Of a stretch of DNA of 24,000 nucleotides, positions 1 to 8,421 are shown one piece after another; positions within the stretch are counted from its first letter, which is position 1; each line of letters starts with the position of its first letter. Under the pieces are notes generated by a model. The model made no database searches and was not told the DNA's origin. It was given only the letters and a program-made list of their open reading frames with translations. The position numbers and the translations under genes were made by a program. Origin of the DNA: Ornithinibacillus massiliensis (lineage in GTDB: Bacteria; Bacillota; Bacilli; Bacillales; Amphibacillaceae); the NCBI RefSeq assembly GCF_018310345.1, contig NZ_JAGXBY010000008.1:3047-27046 (forward strand). The letters run 5' to 3'.

Positions 1-951
1 AAGAAACTGGCGGAACAAAAATCGGTACATGATATACCAAAAAAAGAGTTAATGACCGAATTATTCCGTTATGCGGGACCTTTTGTTATTGTTTCTTTAG
101 CTATACCACTTTTTCAAATAGTTGATACGTTTACATTCAATCGAACAATGGTAGCAATAGGGCAGGGTGGAATTGCTGAGGCATTATTTGGTTCGATTTA
201 TTCGTTAAGTCATAAACTAGTTATCATACCAGTGACGATAGCAACAGGATTATCTTTAGCTGTTATGCCAGTTGTCACATCCTCCTTCACCCAAGGAGAA
301 AAGCCTCTATTAAATAATCAAATTAACCAGGCACTTCAAATTATACTGGTATTGGTTATTCCTGCATCATTTGGATTAACCATGCTCTCATCAGAAGCGT
401 ATGGTACCTTATTTGGTGGATTGGAAACGTTAAGCTTAACTGGACCATTACTCGGTTGGTATGCGCCTGTTGGCATCTTATTTGCTTTATTGACTGTAAC
501 AGCGTCAATTTTACAAGGGATTAATCAGCAAAATCATGCTGTCTTTAATTTATGTGCCGGATTTTTATTTAAAGTGCTTTTTAATATACAGTTCATTCAT
601 ATGTTTGGTGCAAAAGGATCTATTTTTGCTACTGCGATTGGGTTAACTATTGCAGTAGTGTTGAATCTCATCCGTATTAGAAGTACAGTAGGATTCCAAT
701 TTAAACCAATCTTTAAACGCACCATTCTTACGGGGATTTTTGTTGTCATCATGTGGATTGTGATTTTATTGGTTAAATTAATTATGGGAGCAATATTCCC
801 ATATGAAGAAACGAGACTGGGATTAATGCTTATGCTTTTCCTTGGCGTTTCAATTGGTGGCTATGTATACCTATGGTTTGCATACAAGTCTACATTATTA
901 GAGCGGGTATTTGGAGAGAGAGTACGTATTTTAAGTAAGATTTTCAGGTAG
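1..951 (+). CDS. ytgP: MOP-superfamily polysaccharide-biosynthesis / lipid II flippase protein (YtgP/MurJ-like), C-terminal part; the gene begins upstream of the window
   Basis: The frame of the 52..951 ORF stays open back to nt 1 (KKLAEQKSVHDIPKKEL...). The protein is very hydrophobic and multi-TM, as in a MurJ/SpoVB-family C-terminal half. It is followed within 15 nt by the pseudouridine synthase gene, as in the B. subtilis ytgP region (synteny from memory). Confidence 0.7.
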   Translation, partial: KKLAEQKSVHDIPKKELMTELFRYAGPFVIVSLAIPLFQIVDTFTFNRTMVAIGQGGIAEALFGSIYSLSHKLVIIPVTIATGLSLAVMPVVTSSFTQGEKPLLNNQINQALQIILVLVIPASFGLTMLSSEAYGTLFGGLETLSLTGPLLGWYAPVGILFALLTVTASILQGINQQNHAVFNLCAGFLFKVLFNIQFIHMFGAKGSIFATAIGLTIAVVLNLIRIRSTVGFQFKPIFKRTILTGIFVVIMWIVILLVKLIMGAIFPYEETRLGLMLMLFLGVSIGGYVYLWFAYKSTLLERVFGERVRILSKIFR

Positions 952-966
952 TTTTGAGGTGCTGAT

Positions 967-1680
967 ATGAGAATAGATAAATTACTTGCCAATATGGGTT
1001 ACGGTTCCCGTAAAGATGTGAAAGCATTAGTGAAGAAGAAACGGGTTACGTTAAATGAACTAGTTGTCAAGGATAGTGGTCTAAAGGTTGATACGGAGAA
1101 AGACATAGTCAAAGTGGATGATCAGGTTGTCATCTATAAACCATTTGTTTATCTTATGATGAATAAGCCTCCTGGGGTGGTCTCAGCGACAGAGGATCAT
1201 CGTGATAAGACAGTAGTTGATATACTAACACCAGAGTTACAACATTTTAACCCCTTTCCTGTTGGTCGATTAGATAAAGATACAGAAGGGTTATTATTAC
1301 TAACCAATGATGGCCAATTAGCTCATCAATTACTTTCACCAAAAAAAGATGTGGGAAAAACATATTATGCTAAAATATCGGGGATGGTAACCGATAAAGA
1401 GGTTGAGCTGTTTTCAAATGGAGTTACATTAGATGATGGCTATAAGACAAAACCAGCAAAGTTAACCATCATTGCTTCTGGTGATATTTCAGAAATTGAA
1501 ATAGTCATTACGGAGGGGAAGTTTCATCAGGTGAAGCGGATGTTCGAAGCTGTCGGAAAAAAAGTTGTCTATTTGAAGCGACTAAGTATGGGGGAGCTAA
1601 AGCTGGATTCTTCTTTAAGATTAGGGGAATATCGTGAGTTGACTGAAGAAGAACTTTCTTATTGTCAATTTATTAAGTGA
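967..1680 (+). CDS. ytzG: RsuA/RluB-family rRNA pseudouridine synthase with N-terminal S4 domain
   Basis: S4-like N-terminus MRIDKLLANMGYGSRKDVKALV. Catalytic-Asp motif GRLDKDTEGLLLLTNDG, plus KTYYAKISG and GKFHQVKRM. RBS GAGGTG lies 6 nt upstream of the ATG. The symbol comes from remembered B. subtilis synteny. Confidence 0.85.
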   Translation: MRIDKLLANMGYGSRKDVKALVKKKRVTLNELVVKDSGLKVDTEKDIVKVDDQVVIYKPFVYLMMNKPPGVVSATEDHRDKTVVDILTPELQHFNPFPVGRLDKDTEGLLLLTNDGQLAHQLLSPKKDVGKTYYAKISGMVTDKEVELFSNGVTLDDGYKTKPAKLTIIASGDISEIEIVITEGKFHQVKRMFEAVGKKVVYLKRLSMGELKLDSSLRLGEYRELTEEELSYCQFIK

Positions 1681-1689
1681 GGGATATAA

Positions 1690-2253
1690 ATGGGACAAAT
1701 TCCACATTATTTTATCGCTATACCGGTTTCAACTGAATTAAAAGAGAAATTCTTCACTTGGCAAGAATCGTTGAAACAAAATATATCGTATAAAGTATGG
1801 CCACATCAAGAAGACTTACACATTACATTGAAGTTTCTAGGTGCTGTTGAGGAGCAGCAGCTAAAACAGTTGCGAAATAATTTAGCGACTATTATTTATA
1901 CTGCATTTACATTAACTGTAGGTGGGATTGGAACCTTTGGAAAGCATGACAACCCGCGTGTAGTTTGGGCTGGTGTAAAAAAAAATACAAATCTTGAAGG
2001 GTTATTTTTAAAAATTGAATCAGTTGTAACAGAAATTGGATTTCCAAGCGAAAATAGACCTTACAGACCGCATATCACACTTGCGAAGAAATGGTTAGAA
2101 TCATATCATGCAAGAGCTTTAGATGAGGCGAAGGAACAATTTGCAGCTGATTACTTCCAAATGAATGTAGATGAGTTTGTTTTGTATCAAATTTATCCTT
2201 CTAAATCACCAAAATATCAGATTGTGGAACGTTATCGGTTAAAGAGGGGGTAA
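1690..2253 (+). CDS. thpR: RNA 2',3'-cyclic phosphodiesterase (2H phosphoesterase, LigT/ThpR family; YtlP-like)
   Basis: Two H-x-T-x motifs typical of the 2H family (HITLKFLG and HITLAKKW). Size is about 187 aa. RBS GAGGGA is upstream. Confidence 0.85.
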   Translation: MGQIPHYFIAIPVSTELKEKFFTWQESLKQNISYKVWPHQEDLHITLKFLGAVEEQQLKQLRNNLATIIYTAFTLTVGGIGTFGKHDNPRVVWAGVKKNTNLEGLFLKIESVVTEIGFPSENRPYRPHITLAKKWLESYHARALDEAKEQFAADYFQMNVDEFVLYQIYPSKSPKYQIVERYRLKRG

Positions 2254-2257
2254 TCGA

Positions 2258-3181
2258 TTGGCTCAGTTAATTAAATTACAAAATTACATTACACGATATG
2301 AATGGGATATATATCGTTATCCGAGTCAATTTATTCGATATAAGCAAGATAATTGGAAGAAGCTTCTAAATTTATGGAACAATCCCGAGCTCTTGTCGAC
2401 TTTGTCTGACATAGAAGAAGAGCAAAAAAAACCATCGAAATGGAATTTGTTCCAAAGAAAAAAAGTACAAGATGAAGTAGTGGAAGATACAAAGCATGAC
2501 GTTATTCTTCCAAATACGGAAGAAGAGCTAAAACATTATTTCTTGAATCAACTTATTCCATTTCAGTTTAAATGGGCTACATCAACTATATCAAACGTTT
2601 CTTTTGTTGCACCAAAATATTATAAAGACGAATTACTTCACTACTTTTTAAAACGGTTTCCTGATACCTATTTAGTAATGTATTATCCTGTTTTCGAGAT
2701 ACGGAAGGCGCCAGTTGAAGGGGAGATTATACTTATCAGTCCATTAGGTATTGAAATTATTTATGTATTGGAACCAAATCAGAATACAATGATTACCGCA
2801 TCGGATGATAGAAGCTGGGTCTTGGAGAATGGTGTTAAAAGTATGAAGCAGTTAAGTCCGATCTTTGCACTAAAGCGGACGGAGAAGATTGTAAAAGGGA
2901 TATTAGATAAATATGATATTTCATTTCCTATACATAAGGTCGTCCTCTCTCGGACAAATATCATCAATTTTTTAAAAGAACCATATCATACTAGAATTAT
3001 AGGAAAACATGAATATGATCAATGGTTTCAGGAAAAAAGATCACTCAACTCGCCATTAAAAAGTGTTCAATTAAAGGCAGCAGAGGCTTTGTTAAAACAT
3101 TGCCAATCATCTTATGTAAAGCGTCCAGAATGGGTGGACGAAGAAGAATTTGACGGCGGAATGATGGAAGAAGAGGGTTAA
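2258..3181 (+). CDS. Conserved hypothetical protein at the ytlQ position; acidic C-terminus; the middle part has a weak NERD-like pattern
   Basis: TTG start at 2258, preceded by GAGGGGG at suitable spacing. The 307-codon ORF is translationally packed behind thpR. I recognise no catalytic motif. The YtlQ assignment is by position only. Confidence 0.6.
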   Translation: MAQLIKLQNYITRYEWDIYRYPSQFIRYKQDNWKKLLNLWNNPELLSTLSDIEEEQKKPSKWNLFQRKKVQDEVVEDTKHDVILPNTEEELKHYFLNQLIPFQFKWATSTISNVSFVAPKYYKDELLHYFLKRFPDTYLVMYYPVFEIRKAPVEGEIILISPLGIEIIYVLEPNQNTMITASDDRSWVLENGVKSMKQLSPIFALKRTEKIVKGILDKYDISFPIHKVVLSRTNIINFLKEPYHTRIIGKHEYDQWFQEKRSLNSPLKSVQLKAAEALLKHCQSSYVKRPEWVDEEEFDGGMMEEEG

Positions 3182-3669
3182 TATATGTATATCTTCATGG
3201 AAGCATGCTCCCGAATGGGAATTAGATGGGAAGAGAGAAATAATCGAGGATTGTTGGATGGTGACGGTTGCTAATCATTAGTATTATGGTGGAGGGATGA
3301 AAATCATCCCTAATGCAAAAATTCAACCGAATGTCCTGCCGGTGTTAGTTATTCATGGTATTTCTAAATGGAAAGTGTTAGGATTGTTTTTAACTGTTTT
3401 TATTGGGAAGCATATTCGTTTAAAGAAGTAGATTTATATCATGTGAGTTAATTCTTAATAAAAACGCAAAAGGCAATTTGTTTTCAAGTTGATGGGCAAA
3501 CAGAAGTATATAGTTCGTGTAAAATTGTTAAAGATAAACAAGCTATCCAAATAATGGGGACTAATTTTTCCTAATAAATTGGATAGACAACTTGAAAATA
3601 ATGATAGAATTCGATAATCTATTAACATGTCTGTAATTTTTGTTGATTATTTTTTGATATGGGGAATGT

Positions 3670-4479
3670 ATGATGGAATGGTTTAAGAAGGTTTTTGGTG
3701 AAGAATGGGAAATTACGCCTGCTGGTGGACTAACTGGGGAGGCTTATTTTGCCAAAAAAGATTCGAAGCAACTTTTTCTTAAACGAAATTCATCCCCATT
3801 TTTAGCAGTATTATCAGCTGAAGGGATTGTTCCTAAGCTAGTATGGACAAAACGATTAAACAATGGTGATGTGGTAACTGCTCAAAAATGGTTAGAGGGA
3901 AGGGAACTTAGACCAGCCGAAATGCAATATCAACGAGTAGCTGATCTACTTCATAAAATTCACCATTCCACTGAATTATTGCATATGTTGCTACGCCTAG
4001 GAAAAAAGCCTATTACAGCCGATGATTATATACAATCAATTGAAAAACGTTTAAATGCTAATCGAATCGAGAACGCCACAGTAGAAATTAAAGATGGTTT
4101 AGCCTATTTAAATAACTATTTACCTATTGCTAGACAACATAATCAAACGGTTTGTCATGGAGATATGAACCATCATAATATACTGTTAACGGATGACGGT
4201 CAGTTATATTTAATAGACTGGGATAATGCAATGATTGCCGATCCGATTTTAGATTATGGAAAGGTTCTGAATTCCTATATTCCAAAAGAGAACTGGAGAG
4301 AATGGCTCCAGCAGTATGGAATGGAATTAGATAAGCCGTTTTTAATTAGAATGTATTGGTACTTAATTGTTGACGCGCTCTCTTTCTTAGCCTTTCATTA
4401 TGAGCGAAATGAAATGGATAAGTATGAAGAGCGTCTGATAGAGTTAAAAGAACTTAATTTACAAATGAGATTATTGTAA
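3670..4479 (+). CDS. ytmP: Phosphotransferase-family protein (APH/choline-kinase fold), YtmP-like
   Basis: Brenner-type catalytic motif HGDMNHHNILL followed by YLIDWDNA (metal-binding D). Size is 269 aa. RBS GGGGA is upstream. Confidence 0.8.
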   Translation: MMEWFKKVFGEEWEITPAGGLTGEAYFAKKDSKQLFLKRNSSPFLAVLSAEGIVPKLVWTKRLNNGDVVTAQKWLEGRELRPAEMQYQRVADLLHKIHHSTELLHMLLRLGKKPITADDYIQSIEKRLNANRIENATVEIKDGLAYLNNYLPIARQHNQTVCHGDMNHHNILLTDDGQLYLIDWDNAMIADPILDYGKVLNSYIPKENWREWLQQYGMELDKPFLIRMYWYLIVDALSFLAFHYERNEMDKYEERLIELKELNLQMRLL

Positions 4480-4758
4480 ATTATTTTGTTCAATGGCGGA
4501 AATCCAATTAGTAATATTATCCTTATTGCTCATAATATGCTCCTCTTGATTTTGAACACTTTCTCCTTGTCTACCGTAATTGTAGATTTCCGGTAAAAGC
4601 TGTAAGAGTTGTTCGTTAGATATGGAATTATTTGCCATCATGGATTTTACTAACCTTTTTATTTGTTGATATTCAGATACTTGAGCACAACATTCAGTTT
4701 GTTGCTCGTCTAAAATGTCTAATAATAATTCTAGTTGATGATTTACTGTCAATGACAT
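4471..4758 (-). CDS. ytzH: Small conserved protein, YtzH-like
   Basis: 95-aa ORF with a strong RBS (GAGGTGA, 7 nt before the ATG on the minus strand). It is divergent from trmB and convergent with ytmP, as I remember for B. subtilis. It has no recognisable motif. Confidence 0.6.
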   Translation of the reverse strand: MSLTVNHQLELLLDILDEQQTECCAQVSEYQQIKRLVKSMMANNSISNEQLLQLLPEIYNYGRQGESVQNQEEHIMSNKDNITNWISAIEQNNLQ

Positions 4759-4833
4759 GTGACTTCACCTCATGGAATAGTATTCGATAATTTATTAAAA
4801 ATATGTAAAAGTAGTAGAAAGAGGTGTCCTATA

Positions 4834-5478
4834 TTGCGTCAGCGTAATAAACCTTGGGCCGATGATTTTTTGCGTGAAAATACCCATTTAGTAATCCCAA
4901 ATCCAAGTGAATATAAAAATAAATGGAAGGAACTTTTTGGAAATGACAATCCAATTCACGTCGAAGTTGGTACAGGAAAAGGCCAATTTATTGTAGGGAT
5001 GGCCAAACAATACCCTAATATTAACTTTATCGGTATAGAGCTTTCCAAAAGTGTTATCGTAACTGCTGCAGAGAAGGTTCAAGAATCAGGGCAATCCAAT
5101 ATCCTGTTAATTCAAGAAAATGCAGAGAATCTTACCGACATTTTTATGGAAAATGAAGTTTCAACCATATACTTGAATTTCTCCGACCCATGGCCGAAAA
5201 ATCGTCATGCCAAGAGAAGGCTCACTTTCCATACATTTCTAAAGCGATATGAAGCAACATTGGCTTATAATGGAGAATTAATCTTTAAAACAGATAACCG
5301 TGGTCTCTTCGAATATTCGTTAGTTAGCTTCTCCGAATATGGTATGCTATTAAAGGAGATCAGTCTTGATTTGCATAAGGATCATGATCCAGAAAATGTC
5401 ATGACGGAGTATGAAGAAAAATTTTCTGCAAAAGGACAGCCAATTTACCGGTGTAAGGCAGTTTTTCAAGAGGAGTAG
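4834..5478 (+). CDS. trmB: tRNA (guanine46-N7)-methyltransferase TrmB
   Basis: N-terminus LRQRNKPWADDFL matches the conserved TrmB start (B. subtilis MRMRHKPWA...). SAM-binding motif VEVGTGKGQF, plus LNFSDPWPKNRH. I place the start at TTG 4834 (RBS AAAGAGGTG 7 nt upstream), not at the track's GTG 4759. Confidence 0.9.
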   Translation: MRQRNKPWADDFLRENTHLVIPNPSEYKNKWKELFGNDNPIHVEVGTGKGQFIVGMAKQYPNINFIGIELSKSVIVTAAEKVQESGQSNILLIQENAENLTDIFMENEVSTIYLNFSDPWPKNRHAKRRLTFHTFLKRYEATLAYNGELIFKTDNRGLFEYSLVSFSEYGMLLKEISLDLHKDHDPENVMTEYEEKFSAKGQPIYRCKAVFQEE

Positions 5479-5496
5479 CAACTCCTCTTTTTTTTA
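5470..5496 (+). terminator. Rho-independent terminator of trmB
   Basis: GAGGAGT (5470-5476) / ACTCCTC (5481-5487) with a 4-nt loop, followed by a 9-nt T-run. The stem overlaps the trmB stop codon. Confidence 0.8.
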
Positions 5497-5655
5497 TTTG
5501 TTGGACGATAGATAAATTAGGGAAATGGTACAGAATGAAAGAAAAGCTATTGGAAGAGTCTAGAAGAAACAGTAATTAAGTCTCGTTTGATAGCGTTTGC
5601 AAGATTATGCACCTTCCTATACACTATTATTAGGAAGGATGAAGGGGGAGATTGG

Positions 5656-6507
5656 ATGGAGAAATTGCAAGTAGGCCGTGCCACCTTAACTTGGTTAAGT
5701 GGAGGAGTGAATCACTTAGATGGTGGTGCAATGTTTGGTGTTGTACCAAAGGCCTTATGGTCCAGAAAGTATCCAGTGAATGATAAAAATCAGATAGAAC
5801 TAAGAACCGATCCGATTTTACTGCAAATTGATGGTCAGAATATGTTAATTGATACAGGTATGGGGATTGATAAATTAACAGAAAAACAAAAGCGAAACTT
5901 CGGTGTGCTTGAGGAGTCGATGCTTGAGAAATCGTTAGCTAAACTTAATTTAACCACTAGTGATATTGATAAAGTATTGATGACGCATTTACATTTTGAT
6001 CATGCTTGTGGATTAACAAAAAAAGTAGATGAAACATATGAATCAGTATTCCGAAAGGCAAAGATTTTTACTTCACAAGTGGAATGGGATGAGATGAGAA
6101 ACCCTAATATTCGCTCCGTGAATACATATTGGGAAATGAACTGGGAGTCCATTGTCGATCAGGTAGAGCCTTTTCAAGAAAAAATTGAAATTGTCCCTGG
6201 CTTAAAAATGATTCATACGGGTGGTCATAGTGATGGTCATTCCATTATCGTATTCGAAGATAAAGAGGAAACGTTTATTCATATGGCAGATTTAATGGCA
6301 ACGAATGCGCATCAGAACAAGCTGTGGGCGATGGCCTATGATGATTATCCAGTAACTTCCGTCCATCAAAAAGAAAAATGGATGGAATATGGTTATCAAA
6401 AGCAGGCGTGGTTTACGTTTTATCACGATGCATTTTACCGCGCTATTAAATATAACCTACAAGGTGAACAAACAGATGTCGTGGAAAGAGAGCGATACGA
6501 GTATTAA
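5656..6507 (+). CDS. ytnP: MBL-fold metallo-hydrolase, YtnP-like (lactonase-type)
   Basis: HLHFDHACG (HxHxDH zinc motif), with later GGHSDGH and HMADL. Start chosen at ATG 5656 (RBS GAAGGGGGAG 5 nt upstream). The track's TTG 5587 extension has no RBS. Confidence 0.8.
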   Translation: MEKLQVGRATLTWLSGGVNHLDGGAMFGVVPKALWSRKYPVNDKNQIELRTDPILLQIDGQNMLIDTGMGIDKLTEKQKRNFGVLEESMLEKSLAKLNLTTSDIDKVLMTHLHFDHACGLTKKVDETYESVFRKAKIFTSQVEWDEMRNPNIRSVNTYWEMNWESIVDQVEPFQEKIEIVPGLKMIHTGGHSDGHSIIVFEDKEETFIHMADLMATNAHQNKLWAMAYDDYPVTSVHQKEKWMEYGYQKQAWFTFYHDAFYRAIKYNLQGEQTDVVERERYEY

Positions 6508-6542
6508 CTAAAATCAAGAAATCCCTCGATCTATTAGGTATT

Positions 6543-6580
6543 AAAAAAGTAGCCTAACAAAGCTGTAAGGCTACTTTTTA
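6543..6580. terminator. Bidirectional rho-independent terminator between convergent ytnP and ytzB
   Basis: GTAGCCT (6549-6555) / AGGCTAC (6568-6574), flanked by an A-run (6543-6548) and a T-run (6575-6579). It therefore presents a U-tract on both strands. Confidence 0.75.
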
Positions 6581-6587
6581 ATGTACA

Positions 6588-6902
6588 TTAAACCGATTCT
6601 ACGACGTCAATGACGGCACCAGTGTCTGCATCTGCAAAAAATTCGTATTGTTTATTCTGTCCATCAATACTACGTGTAACACCACCACGATATGCATTGT
6701 ACTGTAGACCATTTTTTTCAATAGGCTCAGGTTTCATATAAATCCAAGAACCACTAATGGGTCCTTGCTTTTTGAATGTTTCTTTGGCGTATTTCAATGC
6801 CTTTTCAGGTGTTATCTTTTGATATTGATCGATTTGCTGCTTTGCTAAGTATCCAGCAGCAAAGGCTACACCAGCTGCTACTACAGTTTTTTTCCAACTC
6901 AT
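6588..6902 (-). CDS. ytzB: Small membrane-anchored PepSY-like protein, YtzB-like
   Basis: N-terminal TM segment (KKTVVAAGVAFAAGYLA) followed by a ~70-aa soluble domain. RBS GAGGTGAG is upstream on the minus strand. Position between ytnP and ytoP matches remembered synteny. Confidence 0.6.
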   Translation of the reverse strand: MSWKKTVVAAGVAFAAGYLAKQQIDQYQKITPEKALKYAKETFKKQGPISGSWIYMKPEPIEKNGLQYNAYRGGVTRSIDGQNKQYEFFADADTGAVIDVVESV

Positions 6903-7057
6903 TATCTCACCTCATGCTTTAAACTTTTTTCACATGTCAGTCTAGTTTTTAGTATACCGTAATTAGAACAAAATAGAAAATATTATTGAATTGTGGAAAC
7001 AATTTAGTCCTTTCGGTATACTTAAGAAGTAGTGATAAGGAATGGAGGGTTACATAG

Positions 7058-8122
7058 ATGAATCAAGAAACGTTACAATTATTTAAAACTTTAACAGAAT
7101 TACAAGGTGCACCTGGTAACGAACATCCAGTTCGTGCCTTCATGAAAAGTGAGCTTGAAAAATATGCAGATGAAGTAATTCAAGATAACCTCGGTGGTGT
7201 ATTTGGAGTTAAAAAAGGAAGCGGCCCTCGTGTAATGGTTGCAGGACATATGGACGAAGTTGGCTTTATGGTAACACAAATTACGAAAGCTGGACTTATT
7301 CGCTTCCAAACTTTAGGTGGCTGGTGGAGTCAAGTATTACTTGCTCAGCGTGTACAAATTATGACAGAGAATGGGCCAATAATAGGTGTTATTAGTTCAA
7401 TCCCTCCACATAATTTAACACCAGAACAACGTAATAAACCTATGGATATTAAAAATATGTTAATAGACATAGGTGCTGATGATAAAGAGGACGCAGAAAA
7501 AATCGGAATTAAACCAGGACAAACCATCGTGCCAATTTGCCCATTTACACCGATGGCGAATGAAAAGAAGGTTTTAGCTAAAGCATGGGATAATCGTTAT
7601 GGTTGTGGACTTTCTATTGAACTATTAAAAGAATTACAAGGTGAAACGCTCCCTAACGAATTGTATTCTGGAGCAACCGTACAAGAAGAAGTAGGATTAA
7701 GAGGCGCGAAAGTTGCAGCAAATATGATTAATCCCGACATCTTCTACGCACTGGATGCATCGCCTGCCAATGATATGACAGGAAGTGAAAGTGAATTTGG
7801 TAAATTAGGTAAAGGGGCTTTATTACGTATCTTTGATCGTTCGATGATTACGCATCGGGGAATGCGGGAATTCATTTTAGATACTGCTGAATCTAATAAT
7901 ATTCCATATCAATATTTCATCTCCCAAGGTGGAACTGATGCAGGGAGTGTACATCTTTCAGGTAATGGCGTACCATCTGCAGTTGTCGGTATTTGCTCAC
8001 GCTATATCCATACAGCAGCATCTATTATTCATGTGGATGATTACGCTGCTGCAAAAGAACTGTTAGTGAAACTGGTAAAATCTACAGATCAAAATACGGT
8101 CGATACTATTCGTAAACAATAA
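7058..8122 (+). CDS. ytoP: M42-family metallo-aminopeptidase (glutamyl aminopeptidase/FrvX-like), YtoP-like
   Basis: M42 hallmarks [27 protein letters not shown] and GGTDAG. Size is 354 aa. RBS GGAGGG is upstream. Confidence 0.85.
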   Translation: MNQETLQLFKTLTELQGAPGNEHPVRAFMKSELEKYADEVIQDNLGGVFGVKKGSGPRVMVAGHMDEVGFMVTQITKAGLIRFQTLGGWWSQVLLAQRVQIMTENGPIIGVISSIPPHNLTPEQRNKPMDIKNMLIDIGADDKEDAEKIGIKPGQTIVPICPFTPMANEKKVLAKAWDNRYGCGLSIELLKELQGETLPNELYSGATVQEEVGLRGAKVAANMINPDIFYALDASPANDMTGSESEFGKLGKGALLRIFDRSMITHRGMREFILDTAESNNIPYQYFISQGGTDAGSVHLSGNGVPSAVVGICSRYIHTAASIIHVDDYAAAKELLVKLVKSTDQNTVDTIRKQ

Positions 8123-8131
8123 TGAAATAGC

Positions 8132-8169
8132 AAACCAGCTACTCGTCCTAATGAGTAGCTGGTTTTTTT
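8132..8169 (+). terminator. Rho-independent terminator of ytoP
   Basis: 11-bp stem ACCAGCTACTC (8134-8144) / GAGTAGCTGGT (8153-8163), followed by TTTTTT. Confidence 0.85.
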
Positions 8170-8346
8170 ATGAGGATATTACATGTTTATATTTACATAT
8201 TTAATAGTATTGTAGCTTATATAAAGCCATGAATAAATGCATTTCTTCTTGATAAAGCTAGGCGCATAAGTACGCATATCTATGCCATCATTCGAGAAAA
8301 AACAGCCATGTCATCCATACCGCGACAAAGTTAGTTTTCAAGTATC

Positions 8347-8375
8347 TTGAAGTGAAGATAATTGTAGCATATGAT
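8347..8375 (+). promoter_or_regulatory. Candidate sigma-A promoter of the mtl operon
   Basis: TTGAAG (8347-8352), 17-nt spacer, TATGAT (8370-8375). This predicts a ~40-nt leader to the mtlA ATG. Confidence 0.45.
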
Positions 8376-8421
8376 TTTAAGTGGAAGTTAGACACATATA
8401 ATAATGAAAGGGAGAGATATA

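Noticed and set aside
3185-3431. Small ORFs 3185-3274 (29 aa) and 3297-3431 (44 aa) as real genes.
   Set aside because: They are kept as a hypothesis in the findings but not listed as features. There is no homology I recognise. The second has an SD only ~1-2 nt from its ATG, and the ATG lies inside a stable hairpin.
4759-4833. Track N-terminal extensions: trmB (4759-4833), ytnP (5587-5655), mtlA (8404-8421), mtlR (10418-10426), mtlD (12493-12513), ytpR (16809-16817), sftA (17516-17572), murC (21142-21189), ytxG (22758-22790).
   Set aside because: The extensions lack RBSs and begin with non-conserved residues. In several cases they overlap the upstream gene or its terminator. Internal starts have good SD sequences and match the conserved family N-termini.
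6993-7019. Sigma-B-like promoter upstream of ytoP (GTGGAA-N15-CGGTAT).
   Set aside because: It matches only 4/6 and 5/6 positions with the spacer at the long end. That is too weak to call without expression data.
8170-8421. Catabolite-responsive element (cre) in the mtlA upstream region.
   Set aside because: I checked every CG dinucleotide in the region against WTGNAANCGNWNNCW by eye. None has the required TG/CA flanks.
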